Notes under the pieces: model-generated
The model's database searches: none
What the model was told of the DNA's origin: nothing
What the model saw: only the letters and a program-made list of their open reading frames with translations
Program-made: the position numbers and the translations under genes
Shown: positions 1 through 9,840 of the stretch, piece by piece
How positions within the stretch are numbered: the first letter of the stretch is position 1
Layout: the number at the start of each line of letters is the position of its first letter
NCBI GenBank assembly: GCA_947653235.1
Contig: CANTGH010000005.1
Span: forward strand, 72,491-104,490
Source: an uncultured Clostridium sp.
GTDB lineage: Bacteria; Bacillota; Clostridia; TANB77; CAG-508
DNA length: 32,000 nt
Direction of reading: 5' to 3'

Positions 1-1511
1 ATTCCGTCGTTTAAGGCTCTAATAAGAACTTTTCCATGAATAGGCATCGTAACTGCACAATTTTCTTGTTCAGAAAATTCAAATGTAATATCATCCTTTT
101 CTTGAATATCTATACTTATTTGAGAATTTGGTTTTAGCCACCAAAACAGTTTGCTTTCATCTGAAACACACGGACCATCTGATTGTATAGAAGAAGAATT
201 GAACTCAATTTTAGGTGGTGTTGTATCTACTATATAGTTCTCGTTTTCAAAAACATCTGTAAATTCTTGGAATATTTCATCTTTTTCTGGGAAGTCATAA
301 ATAAACTTTCCATTGTATCCAGCTTCTATTGTATAGGTTATTTTATGTATATCTTCGGCGATTATCTCATCAGTTATATTTTGAGGATTTATTTCTTCGT
401 TATTTATTTTTAAACGTAAATCTCGTTTTTCTCTATTGGTATAAAAAGTTATTCTGTCTCCTTCTTTTAAATAATACTTTCCATCATCTGCCACTTTCTT
501 TGCTTTATATTCCATTGGCTTTTCTGGATTTGGCTCTTCAACTGCACCTACGTAAATAAAATTTCTATCAGACGATGAAGTTACATTACTTAGCGAATTT
601 GTATTACCTGCTATGTCACAAGCATCTTTTAAGTAAATGATTGGAAAATATTTCTTATCTTCTTCGGTATATTCCTCTACCCATATTTGTTGTATTCCTT
701 TATCTGGATATTGTTTGTATCTTAATATTTCATCACTTTCAAGTTCTACTTCTTTTGGTCCTTCTCCATTGTTTTTCAACATATATATTGATGTTCTTGG
801 AGTTATTTCACTTCCTGATAATTCATACGCACTTTCTTTTTTTGAAAAATTCATTACACATTTTAGTGAGAAGTCAGGATTTTCTTCTACTTCAATTGAA
901 CCATCTTCTTGCACTACTTCATCAATTCTCTCATAGATTACCTCTATAGACCCCCATGTTCCTTTGGCTATAATTTCACCTGGTTTCCAAGTTTGGTCTT
1001 TTCCTTGTATCGAGAATGGAAGTGTTTGCCCTTCTTCTGAAGTAGCCGTTCCTCTAGCAGAATGAAGCGAAATTTCTCCACTATCTTTCCCTTTTATCCT
1101 ATAATTAAATTCTACACTATTGGTCTTTTCATTTACGACAATATTTTGACCATTTATATGTTCCTGTTTGTTTCCTATATTAATAACCAACTCTGCATCA
1201 GCTGATATACTTTGTACTTTCTTAGAAAAAGGAAATACTATTTTTATGATTTCATCTTTTCCATAATAAGTTCTTGTATGTGCAATTTCTTCACTTATAG
1301 TTCTCCCTGTTGATGGTTCTATTCTTACTGGTAACTGATAAAAAGTGGTTGTATTGTTTATACTTAATACTTGTACTTTATCACTATTACTTCCTGCTAA
1401 TACTTCATCCATCATTTTGGTTGTTGCTTCTGTTTTTGTGGACAATAACAGTAATGTTGTTACACTCATGATTGATAGCATAACTATTTTCCTTGATTTT
1501 GCCTTTTTCAT
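1..1511 (-). CDS. secreted protein of unknown function, partial (C-terminus beyond left edge)
   Basis: Absent from the ORF track because it has no stop in the window. Hand translation of the minus strand from the ATG at 1511 stays open for 503 codons to position 3. GGAGG lies 7 nt upstream of the ATG. The N-terminus MKKAKSRKIVMLSIMSVTTLLLLSTKTEA looks like a Sec signal peptide. The small + strand ORFs at 183-949 and 1345-1545 are antisense shadows. Confidence 0.7.
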   Translation of the reverse strand, partial: MKKAKSRKIVMLSIMSVTTLLLLSTKTEATTKMMDEVLAGSNSDKVQVLSINNTTTFYQLPVRIEPSTGRTISEEIAHTRTYYGKDEIIKIVFPFSKKVQSISADAELVINIGNKQEHINGQNIVVNEKTNSVEFNYRIKGKDSGEISLHSARGTATSEEGQTLPFSIQGKDQTWKPGEIIAKGTWGSIEVIYERIDEVVQEDGSIEVEENPDFSLKCVMNFSKKESAYELSGSEITPRTSIYMLKNNGEGPKEVELESDEILRYKQYPDKGIQQIWVEEYTEEDKKYFPIIYLKDACDIAGNTNSLSNVTSSSDRNFIYVGAVEEPNPEKPMEYKAKKVADDGKYYLKEGDRITFYTNREKRDLRLKINNEEINPQNITDEIIAEDIHKITYTIEAGYNGKFIYDFPEKDEIFQEFTDVFENENYIVDTTPPKIEFNSSSIQSDGPCVSDESKLFWWLKPNSQISIDIQEKDDITFEFSEQENCAVTMPIHGKVLIRALNDG

Positions 1512-1777
1512 ATGCTTCCCTCCCGAACATCTTAGCATTATTTAGAGTTCTTTCCTTTTTATAATTTTATCTATTATTATTAAACAATTTTTTTACCTAA
1601 ATGTCAATAGTCAAATTCTTCCAAACACCCTAAAATTCCTTTTTTAAAACTCTATCCCCCCTACGGATAATATGTTTTACAAGAAATTTAAGCAAGAATA
1701 TATCTTTTTTGTTACATTTCCAAGGAAAAACTATAATAATATCGAGGAAATAAGATTTTATCTATTTTCGATTAAAA

Positions 1778-1803
1778 TAAAAAAAGAGCTAAGCTCTCTT
1801 TTT
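1778..1803 (-). terminator. weak intrinsic terminator after ypeB
   Basis: The minus strand reads AAAGAGAGC-TTA-GCTCTTT followed by TTTTTTAT. Confidence 0.4.
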
Positions 1804-3157
1804 ACACGGTTAACGTTCCACCTGGTGTATCTAAGATGACTAAAATATCTTCTTCTTCACCTGTTTCACAATTAATATACACAAGAAATTCTCTTTCTTC
1901 TATTTTTCCTTTAAATTCATAACATAAAATTTCTGTTTTCCACTCAGTTGGAATAATTGCCATTCCTTCGGATAAAATTTCTAAATCTTCATTTAATTTT
2001 TCACGTGCCTCTTCTAACGTTAATTTGACTTCATTAAATTCTCGACTTGTATGTGAATTCAAATATCCATCACTTTCTAACCCTAAAATTTCCCCATTGT
2101 CTAAAGCAATTTTCACTTTTATCAAATCTGGATAAGCAATAATATCTTCGTATTCATAGGCATAATTTACGGTTACCACATTTCCTAGTTTTGTAAAATA
2201 GGTTTCTTTCATCCCTTCAAATCCTTTTTGAGCTAAAAAACTCTTTCCTTTTTCATTAGCTTCTTCTTGGGATAACCTTTCCTCTGCTACTTCTCGGTTA
2301 TTTTGCATTTCAATCACTGCACCACCTTTTTGTGCAATTTCTATACTGACCTTACTTTCTTGATTTTTTAACTTTACTGAAAAATCATAACATGGTATAT
2401 CGGCATTTTGTAGAAATTGATTGAGTTCTATTTGTTCTATATTTTCTTGTCCAAAAAATTTCTCCACTACTTGTTTGGCCTCTTCTTCTGATATATTATC
2501 TCCGACAAGTCCTACTTTATCTGCTTTGTTAATATGATCTGAATAGGCACCATCATAAATTAACCCTTCGTACTGCTTTAGATTTGAATCAATGTTGGAA
2601 AAAACTGAAATATTGTCCACTGCTTGTGCATATTCTAAAGTATTTTTTTGACCTAAATCTTCCCATTTAATACTACCTGCATAAAGTTCTTCTGATAATT
2701 GATTTAATGTATTTTCTAATTGTACACTATATTCATGTAGATTTTTTAAATTATCAAAATCTTCTGATAATAATTCTTCTTTTTTAATATTCTTTCGTGA
2801 CAATGAATACGAATAATCGCTTACTTGATTTAAAAACTTAGCTGTTTGGGATAATTCTTCTGTATTCATTGGTATTCTCGTTAAATAAACCAATGCCAAA
2901 TTTGAATCTCGCCACACTTCTGTTAGTGTTTGGGCACTATGTTCCGCACTTTTTGAAATCATTGATTTGGCGAGTAAACTTTCAACACTGTTCATATAAT
3001 TAACTAAATTTCCAAATGCTTCATTATAATTATTTTTTTGTAATATAGCATAATCTTGATTTTTTTGGTAGGCATAATAGCCTATTGTTACTGCAATTGC
3101 AATTATTAGTATGATGGCAATTGTCAACAACTTATTTTTTACCTCACAGTTCATCAC
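1802..3157 (-). CDS. ypeB: germination protein YpeB (PepSY-domain, membrane-anchored)
   Basis: 451 aa with an N-terminal TM helix. The YpeB-type N-domain includes NYNEAFGNLVNYMNSVESLLAKS, EVWRDSNLA and SQTAKFLNQVSDYSYSL. C-terminal PepSY-like repeats are present. AGGAGG RBS. Confidence 0.85.
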   Translation of the reverse strand: MMNCEVKNKLLTIAIILIIAIAVTIGYYAYQKNQDYAILQKNNYNEAFGNLVNYMNSVESLLAKSMISKSAEHSAQTLTEVWRDSNLALVYLTRIPMNTEELSQTAKFLNQVSDYSYSLSRKNIKKEELLSEDFDNLKNLHEYSVQLENTLNQLSEELYAGSIKWEDLGQKNTLEYAQAVDNISVFSNIDSNLKQYEGLIYDGAYSDHINKADKVGLVGDNISEEEAKQVVEKFFGQENIEQIELNQFLQNADIPCYDFSVKLKNQESKVSIEIAQKGGAVIEMQNNREVAEERLSQEEANEKGKSFLAQKGFEGMKETYFTKLGNVVTVNYAYEYEDIIAYPDLIKVKIALDNGEILGLESDGYLNSHTSREFNEVKLTLEEAREKLNEDLEILSEGMAIIPTEWKTEILCYEFKGKIEEREFLVYINCETGEEEDILVILDTPGGTLTV

Positions 3158-3263
3158 ATTCTTTCCTCCTTTATTTTTATTATCTTTTCCACATATTTTT
3201 TTAATATTCCAAATATTGTAATTTTATTTTTTTCGTGATATAATATTAAGCAAAGGAGTTTTT

Positions 3264-4412
3264 ATGAAAAAAGTGCTAGTATTCTATGGTTCTTATGGGG
3301 GCGGTCATTTATCTGCTGCAAAATCCATTGAAACTTATATTAAAAATCATTATCCAGAAATTGAAATAAAATTAGTGGATTGTATTGAATATATCAATAA
3401 ATATCTAAATAAACTGCTAGCTGATAGCTATAATGAAGCTGCCAAAAAAGCACCTTGGGCTTGGAAAACTGCTTATCATTTAGCCAATGATGGATTCACT
3501 TCAAAAGCCGTGACTACTTCCAATAAATTATTTTCCATTAAACTTAATTCATTATTACAAGAATTTCAACCAGATTTGATTATATCCACTCATCCTTTTG
3601 GAACGCAAATGTGTGGTATCTTGAAAAAACGTGGAAAAATTAATTGTCAATTAGCCACGATTTTGACGGATTTTCACATTCATGGACAATGGCTAGTTTT
3701 TCATGAATATTGTGATTATTTCTTTGTTTCTAACCATCAGATGAAAGAAGATATGATAGAATATGGAGTTGATCAAAATAAAATTTATGTTTCTGGAATT
3801 CCTGTATCCCATAAATTTACAAAAAACTTTAATCGAGAAGAAATTTGTGAAGAATTTAATTTAAATCCAAAAGAGCAAGTTGTCCTATTTTTTGCAGGTG
3901 GCGAATTTGGATTGGGAAATAAAACGACAGTAATGGTTTTAAAATCTTTGATTCGTTTATTTTCAAAATTACAAGTTGTTGCTATTTCTGGAAAAAACAG
4001 AAAAATGAATACAAAATTTGAGGAACTTGTAAAAAATACGGACTCTGCAGAAAGAATTAAAGTTTTAGAATATACTAATAAGGTACCAGAACTTATGTCA
4101 ATTTCATCTTTTGTTATAACCAAGCCAGGTGGTCTTACTTCAACAGAAAGTTTAACCGCTCATCTGCCAATGATTATAATCAATCCTATTCCTGGTCAAG
4201 AAGAGGAAAATGCTGAATTTTTAGTAGAAAAGGGAGTTGGGCTTTGGATTAAAAAAAATGACAATGTAGCAAGGGTTTTGAAAAATTTATATCGTGATCC
4301 ACAAAAATTGCCTCTCATGAAAGAAAATACCTATTCTTTATCACGACCAAATTCAACAGAAGAAATTTGTAAAACATTATTAGAAAGAAAGAAAGAAACA
4401 GAAAATCAATAG
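3264..4412 (+). CDS. MGDG-synthase family glycosyltransferase (UgtP-like diacylglycerol glycosyltransferase)
   Basis: 382 aa. The N-terminus VLVFYGSYGGGHLSAAKSI and the TDFHIHGQW motif resemble the B. subtilis UgtP / MGDG_synth N-domain. The C-terminal GT-B half has KPGGLTSTES and EEENA. RBS AAAGGAG. Confidence 0.8.
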   Translation: MKKVLVFYGSYGGGHLSAAKSIETYIKNHYPEIEIKLVDCIEYINKYLNKLLADSYNEAAKKAPWAWKTAYHLANDGFTSKAVTTSNKLFSIKLNSLLQEFQPDLIISTHPFGTQMCGILKKRGKINCQLATILTDFHIHGQWLVFHEYCDYFFVSNHQMKEDMIEYGVDQNKIYVSGIPVSHKFTKNFNREEICEEFNLNPKEQVVLFFAGGEFGLGNKTTVMVLKSLIRLFSKLQVVAISGKNRKMNTKFEELVKNTDSAERIKVLEYTNKVPELMSISSFVITKPGGLTSTESLTAHLPMIIINPIPGQEEENAEFLVEKGVGLWIKKNDNVARVLKNLYRDPQKLPLMKENTYSLSRPNSTEEICKTLLERKKETENQ

Positions 4413-4427
4413 ATTTTTTCGAAAAAT

Positions 4428-4459
4428 AAAAAACACCAAACTAAAACTGGTGTTTTTTT
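4428..4459. terminator. bidirectional intrinsic terminator between the glycosyltransferase gene and recR
   Basis: AAAAAACACCA-loop-TGGTGTTTTTT, with A/T runs on both sides. Confidence 0.7.
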
Positions 4460-5057
4460 ACATTTCACTTCTTCCCTCCAACGCCTTCATCAGCGTCACT
4501 TCATCTGTATATTCTAGATCACCACCGATTGGAATACCACGTGCAATTCTTGTAACTTTAACGCCCATTGGTTTGACTAATTTCGAAATGTACATCGAAG
4601 TTGCTTCTCCCTCTACACGTGGATTAGTCGCCAAAATTAGCTCTTTTATATTTCCATCCATTAACCTTGCTAGTAATTCTTTTATTTTTATATCATCTGG
4701 TCCAATTCCGTTCATTGGTGAAATGGAACCATGTAAAATGTGATAAACACCTTTATATTCATGTGCTCGCTCCATCGCAAAAACGTCGCGTACATCTTCT
4801 ACAACACAAATTGTACTTTGATCTCGCTTGCTGTCTGCACAAATATTGCAAGGGTCTGTATCGGAAATATTAAAACAGCGGGAACAAAACTTCAAATTTT
4901 GTTTTGCATTTAAAATTGCGTCTGTAAACTCTTTGGCTTCTTCTTGGCTAACATCTAACATATAAAATGCCAGACGTTGTGCAGTTTTGTGACCGATGCT
5001 TGGTAATTTTTCAAAACTTTCGATTAATTTTTCAATAGATGGTGAATAATTTGCCAT
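4458..5057 (-). CDS. recR: recombination protein RecR
   Basis: 199 aa with the helix-hairpin-helix [15 protein letters not shown], the zinc finger CSRCFN...CNIC and a Toprim region. Canonical position downstream of ybaB. Confidence 0.95.
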   Translation of the reverse strand: MANYSPSIEKLIESFEKLPSIGHKTAQRLAFYMLDVSQEEAKEFTDAILNAKQNLKFCSRCFNISDTDPCNICADSKRDQSTICVVEDVRDVFAMERAHEYKGVYHILHGSISPMNGIGPDDIKIKELLARLMDGNIKELILATNPRVEGEATSMYISKLVKPMGVKVTRIARGIPIGGDLEYTDEVTLMKALEGRSEM

Positions 5058-5073
5058 GTTTTTGTGTCCTCTT

Positions 5074-5097
5074 TTTTGATAAAATTCTGATATTTTT
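5074..5097. repeat. 24-nt repeat TTTTGATAAAATTCTGATATTTTT (copy 1, just upstream of the recR RBS)
   Basis: Differs at 1 nt from the copy at 5563-5586. Related ATAAAATATTGATATT units lie at 5112-5127 and 5134-5149. Confidence 0.6.
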
Positions 5098-5170
5098 TTG
5101 ATAATATTTTCATAAAATATTGATATTATTATGATAAAATATTGATATTTTTTGTTGTTTTGGGATTGGG

Positions 5171-5195
5171 GTAGGGGGTGGAACCCTGCCCCTAC
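5171..5195 (-). other. GC-rich hairpin 4 nt downstream of the ybaB stop, no T-tract
   Basis: GTAGGGG / CCCCTAC forms a 7-bp all-strong stem in an otherwise extremely AT-rich spacer. Confidence 0.5.
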
Positions 5196-5198
5196 GGT

Positions 5199-5543
5199 TT
5201 ACATGAAACCTGGGATGTTGTATTTGCCAAAACTTGCGGATTGGGCATCGTCTACTTTTCTTAATGCTTCATTGATACAGGTTAAAATTAAATCTTGCAA
5301 CATTTCTACATCGTCTGGATCGACTACGTCCTTTTGAATTTTGATTTCTTTGATTTGCTTTGCACCTGTAACAGTTACGGATATTGCGTTTCCGCCTGCA
5401 GTTGCTGAAAATGTTTTTTCTTGTAATTCTTCCTGTGTTTTTTCCATGTCTTCTTGCATTTTTTTGGCTTGTTTCATTAATTGATTCATGTTCATTCCGC
5501 CAAATCCTCCCATTCCTCCAGGAAATCCTCCTCTTTTTGCCAT
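5199..5543 (-). CDS. ybaB: nucleoid-associated protein YbaB/EbfC
   Basis: 114 aa with a Gly-rich N-terminus, [17 protein letters not shown], and C-terminal PGF. Lies between dnaX and recR. Confidence 0.95.
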   Translation of the reverse strand: MAKRGGFPGGMGGFGGMNMNQLMKQAKKMQEDMEKTQEELQEKTFSATAGGNAISVTVTGAKQIKEIKIQKDVVDPDDVEMLQDLILTCINEALRKVDDAQSASFGKYNIPGFM

Positions 5544-5562
5544 TTTTTGTTCTCCTTTCTTG

Positions 5563-5586
5563 TTTTGATAAAATTATGATATTTTT
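5563..5586. repeat. 24-nt repeat TTTTGATAAAATTATGATATTTTT (copy 2, just upstream of the ybaB RBS)
   Basis: See copy 1 at 5074-5097. Confidence 0.6.
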
Positions 5587-5678
5587 CTGTATCTTATTTT
5601 ATCATAATATTGATAATTTTATGATAAAATAATTCATCTCTTGAAGGCAGACAGGGTCATGTGCCTTTATGTTACATT

Positions 5679-7247
5679 TTATTCAATGATATTGATGTCA
5701 ATGCCCAAATCGTCAAATCCTGATGATGTTGTTTCTGCTGGTTTTTCTGTTTTGGTGTCTTTTAGTTTGATGTTGATTTCATGACCGACAGATAGTGCGA
5801 TGGTTTGGATTAAATCTTTTCGAGTTGTGACATCTTCTAAAATTTTTCTATTAAATTCTGTTAGTCCATTTGGAAATTCGATTTCCCACGTTTGGTCATT
5901 TAATTTGTTGACTGTCGTGTTGACAAGACAAGTATATAATCTGATTTTACCTGTTTTTTTCAAACTGTCTACAATCTGTTTCCAATCTTCGGTTTGTTTG
6001 GTGGCAGTTGGTCTTGCCGTTGTTGACGTTGATTGTGATCTTATTTGTGGCTGTCTTGTAGATTGCACCCCAGAAGCTCTTGGCACAGAAACAGTTCCAT
6101 TACTAATATTATTTAATTTTTGTTCTAATATTTCTACTTTCTTTTCTAAACTTGAAATGTCACCACTTGTTTGGTTCATGCAAATTTTTATGATACCAGA
6201 TTGAAATAAAATGTTTTTTTGCATTGAGTTTTTGAGATTACTTTCTAAATCTGATAATTGATAAATGACACTCAAAAGCCTTTGTTTTTCCGCTTTTTCA
6301 GACAATTCCTTGATTTGTTCTAATTCTTGCTGTGCATATAAATCCAAATTTTTTGTTGCTTGATAAACCAAGACATCTTTTACATATTTGATAACTTCCC
6401 ATAAAAAATTATATAAATCTTTTCCATCTTTTATGACATCATCAATTGCTTCTAAGGCAATCATTTCGTTATTTTCTAAAATCGCTTTTGCTAATTTGTG
6501 AATGTATTTTAAACTTGGCAAACCTACTAATTCTTTGACCAAATCAATTGTAATTTCTTCACTGTTTTCTTGACTACATCTTTCTAAAATGCTAATAGCA
6601 TCTCGCATGGCACCTTCAGATAATATAGCAATGGTTTTTAATGCCTCTTGTGTTGCCTTCAAGTTGGATTCTTGACAAATAATTTTTAGTCTTTTTATGA
6701 TATTTTCGTCACTTATTTTTTTATAGTCAAAACGCTGACAACGCGAAAGTATGGTTGCTGGCAATTTTTGTGGTTCAGTTGTTGCCAAAATAAATTTGAC
6801 ATGTTCTGGTGGCTCCTCTAGTGTTTTTAGCAAAGCATTAAAAGCACCTACGGAAAGCATGTGAACCTCATCGATAATATAAACTCTGTATTTGGCTTTG
6901 GTTGGTAGGAAATTGACTTCATCACGAATACTACGAATATCTTCTACACTGTTGTTTGAGGCAGCATCCATTTCTACCACATCGGTCAAAGAACCATCTA
7001 AGATTTCTTTACAAATTTCGCATTGATTGCATGGTTCGCCTTCTTCTGGATTTAGGCAATTTACTGCACGAGCTAAAATCTTGGCTGAGGTTGTTTTTCC
7101 TGTACCACGCCCTCCATTAAATAAATAGGCATGCCCTACTCTGCCTGCTATAATTTGATTTTTAAGTGTTTTTGTAATATGTTCTTGCCCTACCATATCT
7201 TCAAATTTTAATGGTCTAAATTTTCTGTATAATGCTGTATATGACAT
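5679..7247 (-). CDS. dnaX: DNA polymerase III subunit gamma/tau
   Basis: 522 aa with Walker A GGRGTGKTT, the zinc module CLNPEEGEPCNQCEIC, Walker B IIDEVHMLS and SRC. Confidence 0.95.
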   Translation of the reverse strand: MSYTALYRKFRPLKFEDMVGQEHITKTLKNQIIAGRVGHAYLFNGGRGTGKTTSAKILARAVNCLNPEEGEPCNQCEICKEILDGSLTDVVEMDAASNNSVEDIRSIRDEVNFLPTKAKYRVYIIDEVHMLSVGAFNALLKTLEEPPEHVKFILATTEPQKLPATILSRCQRFDYKKISDENIIKRLKIICQESNLKATQEALKTIAILSEGAMRDAISILERCSQENSEEITIDLVKELVGLPSLKYIHKLAKAILENNEMIALEAIDDVIKDGKDLYNFLWEVIKYVKDVLVYQATKNLDLYAQQELEQIKELSEKAEKQRLLSVIYQLSDLESNLKNSMQKNILFQSGIIKICMNQTSGDISSLEKKVEILEQKLNNISNGTVSVPRASGVQSTRQPQIRSQSTSTTARPTATKQTEDWKQIVDSLKKTGKIRLYTCLVNTTVNKLNDQTWEIEFPNGLTEFNRKILEDVTTRKDLIQTIALSVGHEINIKLKDTKTEKPAETTSSGFDDLGIDINIIE

Positions 7248-7277
7248 ATTTCAAACACCTCTTTTCCATTTTTTTAA

Positions 7278-7403
7278 GACTTCCTTTAAGGAAGATATGA
7301 CTCACATAAATACACTACTTATCGCTGCTTTCTCTCGAACCTGACGAGATTCATAGCTTTTTATTGAAACATACCCTCCTTAAAAGAAGCCTCGTTCAAC
7401 GTA
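7278..7403 (-). ncRNA. ffs: signal recognition particle RNA, short (4.5S-like) form
   Basis: The minus strand contains CGTCAGGTTC-GAGA-GAAAGCAGCG, which is the conserved SRP domain IV with a GNRA tetraloop. It is enclosed by a 20-bp terminal helix (7389-7370 pairs with 7299-7280, including 3 G-U pairs). Canonical location upstream of dnaX. Confidence 0.85.
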
Positions 7404-7408
7404 AAAAT

Positions 7409-7437
7409 ATTATATAATGAAATTTTAGATTTGGCAA
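7409..7437 (-). promoter_or_regulatory. sigma-A type promoter for ffs(-dnaX)
   Basis: TTGCCA - 17 nt - TATAAT on the minus strand. Confidence 0.65.
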
Positions 7438-7466
7438 GTGATTTGAGGAGAAAATTTGAGATATTT

Positions 7467-8285
7467 TTACACTTGTCTAAAAAATCGGTAATACTCAATC
7501 TCATCTGCAATTTGAATTATATAGCCACTTTTAACACTTCCTTCTTCTGTTTCTAATGGTAAATTGGCACTCATGTTACAGATAAATTCTTCATCTAAAT
7601 TATTTTTCAAATGGATAGTAAAACTTATCTTCGGTGATAATTCTTTTAAATTCATATCCATATTGTTAAAAATTCTACCATCAAAAGAAACTAATCCGTT
7701 TTCTTTTGTGACTTGATAGTGATTGACAATGTTTTGATTTATATATCCAATTGTAATTGGATTTGAACAATCTGCAAAAAATATTGGTGTTTCATAATTG
7801 CTGTTTTCATTTTCTTCATTGGTGTAAATTATTTTATAGGTTAAAGCATCTTGAATTTTATTTTCATCAATTATTCGAAATTTAGAAATTTCTAATGGAT
7901 TTTTATAATAGATTGCTGGTATTCCATGTTGATAGCCAACTTCTATGTGAAAATTGTCTAAATATAGTTCTTTTACTGTGTTTTTTTCAGTTAATTCTTC
8001 TTCTGTATTATTAATGTATAAAGCTATATCTGAATATTGATGAATACTTAAATCTTGCAGATTTTGCTCGGCTGTATTGTCAGTTGCTTCTGCACTACTA
8101 TATTTAATAATTTTTGATACTTTGAATATCGGTTCTCGATTGGCTTCTGCAATTTGTAATAACTCTTTTGTAAAATTATTTTGGGCTGATATTTTACTAA
8201 AAATAAATCGATTATCGATTGATAAGATTGCCAATATTATTAAACATAATATTGGCAAAGCAAATTTATCTATTTTCATTTTCAT
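7467..8285 (-). CDS. membrane-anchored extracytoplasmic protein, unknown function (paralog of 9841-10569)
   Basis: 272 aa with a single N-terminal hydrophobic helix. Aligns by eye with the 242-aa ORF: LDNFHIEVGYQHGIPAIYYKNP vs LQNFSITKAPSKGEIAIYRPTG, and VSFDGRIFNNMDMNLKEL vs ITYDGKLLQHIGINVEEI. Confidence 0.75.
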   Translation of the reverse strand: MKMKIDKFALPILCLIILAILSIDNRFIFSKISAQNNFTKELLQIAEANREPIFKVSKIIKYSSAEATDNTAEQNLQDLSIHQYSDIALYINNTEEELTEKNTVKELYLDNFHIEVGYQHGIPAIYYKNPLEISKFRIIDENKIQDALTYKIIYTNEENENSNYETPIFFADCSNPITIGYINQNIVNHYQVTKENGLVSFDGRIFNNMDMNLKELSPKISFTIHLKNNLDEEFICNMSANLPLETEEGSVKSGYIIQIADEIEYYRFFRQV

Positions 8286-8297
8286 AATGACTCCATT

Positions 8298-9722
8298 TTA
8301 TAATCTTTCATATAAATATTTCATATATTTATAAACTTTTTCATGCCATTGTGTATCACTTGCGTATCTTACATTGACCCCTGAAATAGTTGACCCATTA
8401 TAATAAGAACCTTTGGCTGTTTCATTTTCGTAAATTGGGGTACCAGCTTGATTTATGTAATATTTTACTAGAACTTTTGCTAATAATTCAATCCCTTCTG
8501 CATATGTTTCAAAAGAAAATGAACTTTCATAAGGTGAATTGTCATATGCACCATAGCCAAATAAATTTTTCTTGTCTTTAGAAATTGTTGAGGTTGCCCA
8601 ACCACTTTCATGAATTGCCATTGCTGCCAAAAATACACCATTGAGCTGATATTCCTTGTCCATATGATAAAATACTTCGGCATTTTGTTCTATGATATGG
8701 TTTTTATCTGCTGAATTACCTGACAAGATTTTTTCGTAATCTTCTAGTGTTAAATTGGTCGATTGATTTAATGGCATGTCCTCTTGCAAGGTCATTTTAA
8801 TTTTTTGCACACGATTAGCTTCTAAGATTTGTGGGGCAACTTTACTACTAGTTAAATTTTTACTTTCTATATAACCTTCTATACCATCGTATTCTACTTT
8901 ACACCAACTTTCTCCTTGCAGTTCTTTTAGTGTTACATCCAAGCTTTTTAAAATTGACTTGATTTCATTTGCTGAATGATTTGCTTTGTCCATTAATTTC
9001 ACTTCTTGTGTAACGTACATTGTATCTCCTAAATGTACTTGATTGTTGCTTAAGAATTTTGATGTTCCTTTATCTACAATTTGTGGGGCAGGATTTTCAA
9101 TGATAATGGTTTCTAGAATATCTTCTCCAACTAAAACATCGTTTTCATAGGATTTGATTACTTTTACTTGTTGTTTTCCTTCGATACCTTGCTTGTTTAC
9201 TGCTTCTTCGCCTTCTGGTAAATTGGGATTTTCATTGTATGTTATTTCAAAAGGAATTGGACGTTGTTCTTCTGCATATTCCTTAGATTTCAATACACTT
9301 ACATTTTCAAGTAGAATTTCTTCGAGTTGGATTGCATTTTCGTTTTTTTCTAAAATAGGTGGTGTATCTTTTGTTTGTTCTGGTTGATTTTCTTCTACAT
9401 TTTGCTTTTCTTGTGTTTCATTTTTTGTGTTTGTATTGGCTACTTGGTTTTCCGAAATTGTTTTAGCAAATATACTAGTTGAGAAAATGCAAGTAAAAGC
9501 TACTATTGCAATTGTTATTAGCACAATGATTCGCTCTTCTCTTGCAATTTTGGCTATTGTAGAATGTCTTATTTGATTTCGTTCTTTTTGTGCAACATGT
9601 CTTCCTTTGGATTTGTCTTGGTAGTCTGTGGTTTCTTCTGGTTCAATACGATACATGTTTTCTAAATTATGTTTCATTTGTTGAAGATTTTGTTGCATTT
9701 TTTGTAAATCGTCTGTTTTCAT
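8298..9722 (-). CDS. membrane-anchored peptidoglycan hydrolase (G5 + SH3 + C-terminal N-acetylglucosaminidase domain)
   Basis: 474 aa. It has a charged N-terminus and a TM helix. The G5-like segment is PIPFEITYNENPNLPEGEEAVNKQGIEGKQQVKV...PQIVDKGT. The SH3-like segment is WCKVEYDGIEGYIESKNL. The glucosaminidase motifs are AMAIHESGWATS and NLFGYGAYD. Confidence 0.8.
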   Translation of the reverse strand: MKTDDLQKMQQNLQQMKHNLENMYRIEPEETTDYQDKSKGRHVAQKERNQIRHSTIAKIAREERIIVLITIAIVAFTCIFSTSIFAKTISENQVANTNTKNETQEKQNVEENQPEQTKDTPPILEKNENAIQLEEILLENVSVLKSKEYAEEQRPIPFEITYNENPNLPEGEEAVNKQGIEGKQQVKVIKSYENDVLVGEDILETIIIENPAPQIVDKGTSKFLSNNQVHLGDTMYVTQEVKLMDKANHSANEIKSILKSLDVTLKELQGESWCKVEYDGIEGYIESKNLTSSKVAPQILEANRVQKIKMTLQEDMPLNQSTNLTLEDYEKILSGNSADKNHIIEQNAEVFYHMDKEYQLNGVFLAAMAIHESGWATSTISKDKKNLFGYGAYDNSPYESSFSFETYAEGIELLAKVLVKYYINQAGTPIYENETAKGSYYNGSTISGVNVRYASDTQWHEKVYKYMKYLYERL

Positions 9723-9802
9723 AATTTTCCTACTTTATATTTTTTCTATTTTATTATACTATATTTTATTTTTTGTGTCTATACCATTTTTTAGAATTTT
9801 AT

Positions 9803-9833
9803 AAAAACAGACACTTTTTACATGTCTGTTTTA
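9803..9833 (-). terminator. intrinsic terminator after the tadA / 242-aa gene pair
   Basis: ACAGACA / TGTCTGT stem followed by TTTTAT on the minus strand. Confidence 0.6.
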
Positions 9834-9840
9834 TAAAAAG

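Noticed and set aside
183-1545. Five + strand ORFs from the track (183-413, 329-559, 637-936, 641-949, 1345-1545).
   Set aside because: Their translations are low-complexity F/L/I/Y-rich sequences. They lie antisense to a continuous 503-codon minus-strand ORF that has a signal peptide and an RBS. They are shadow ORFs.
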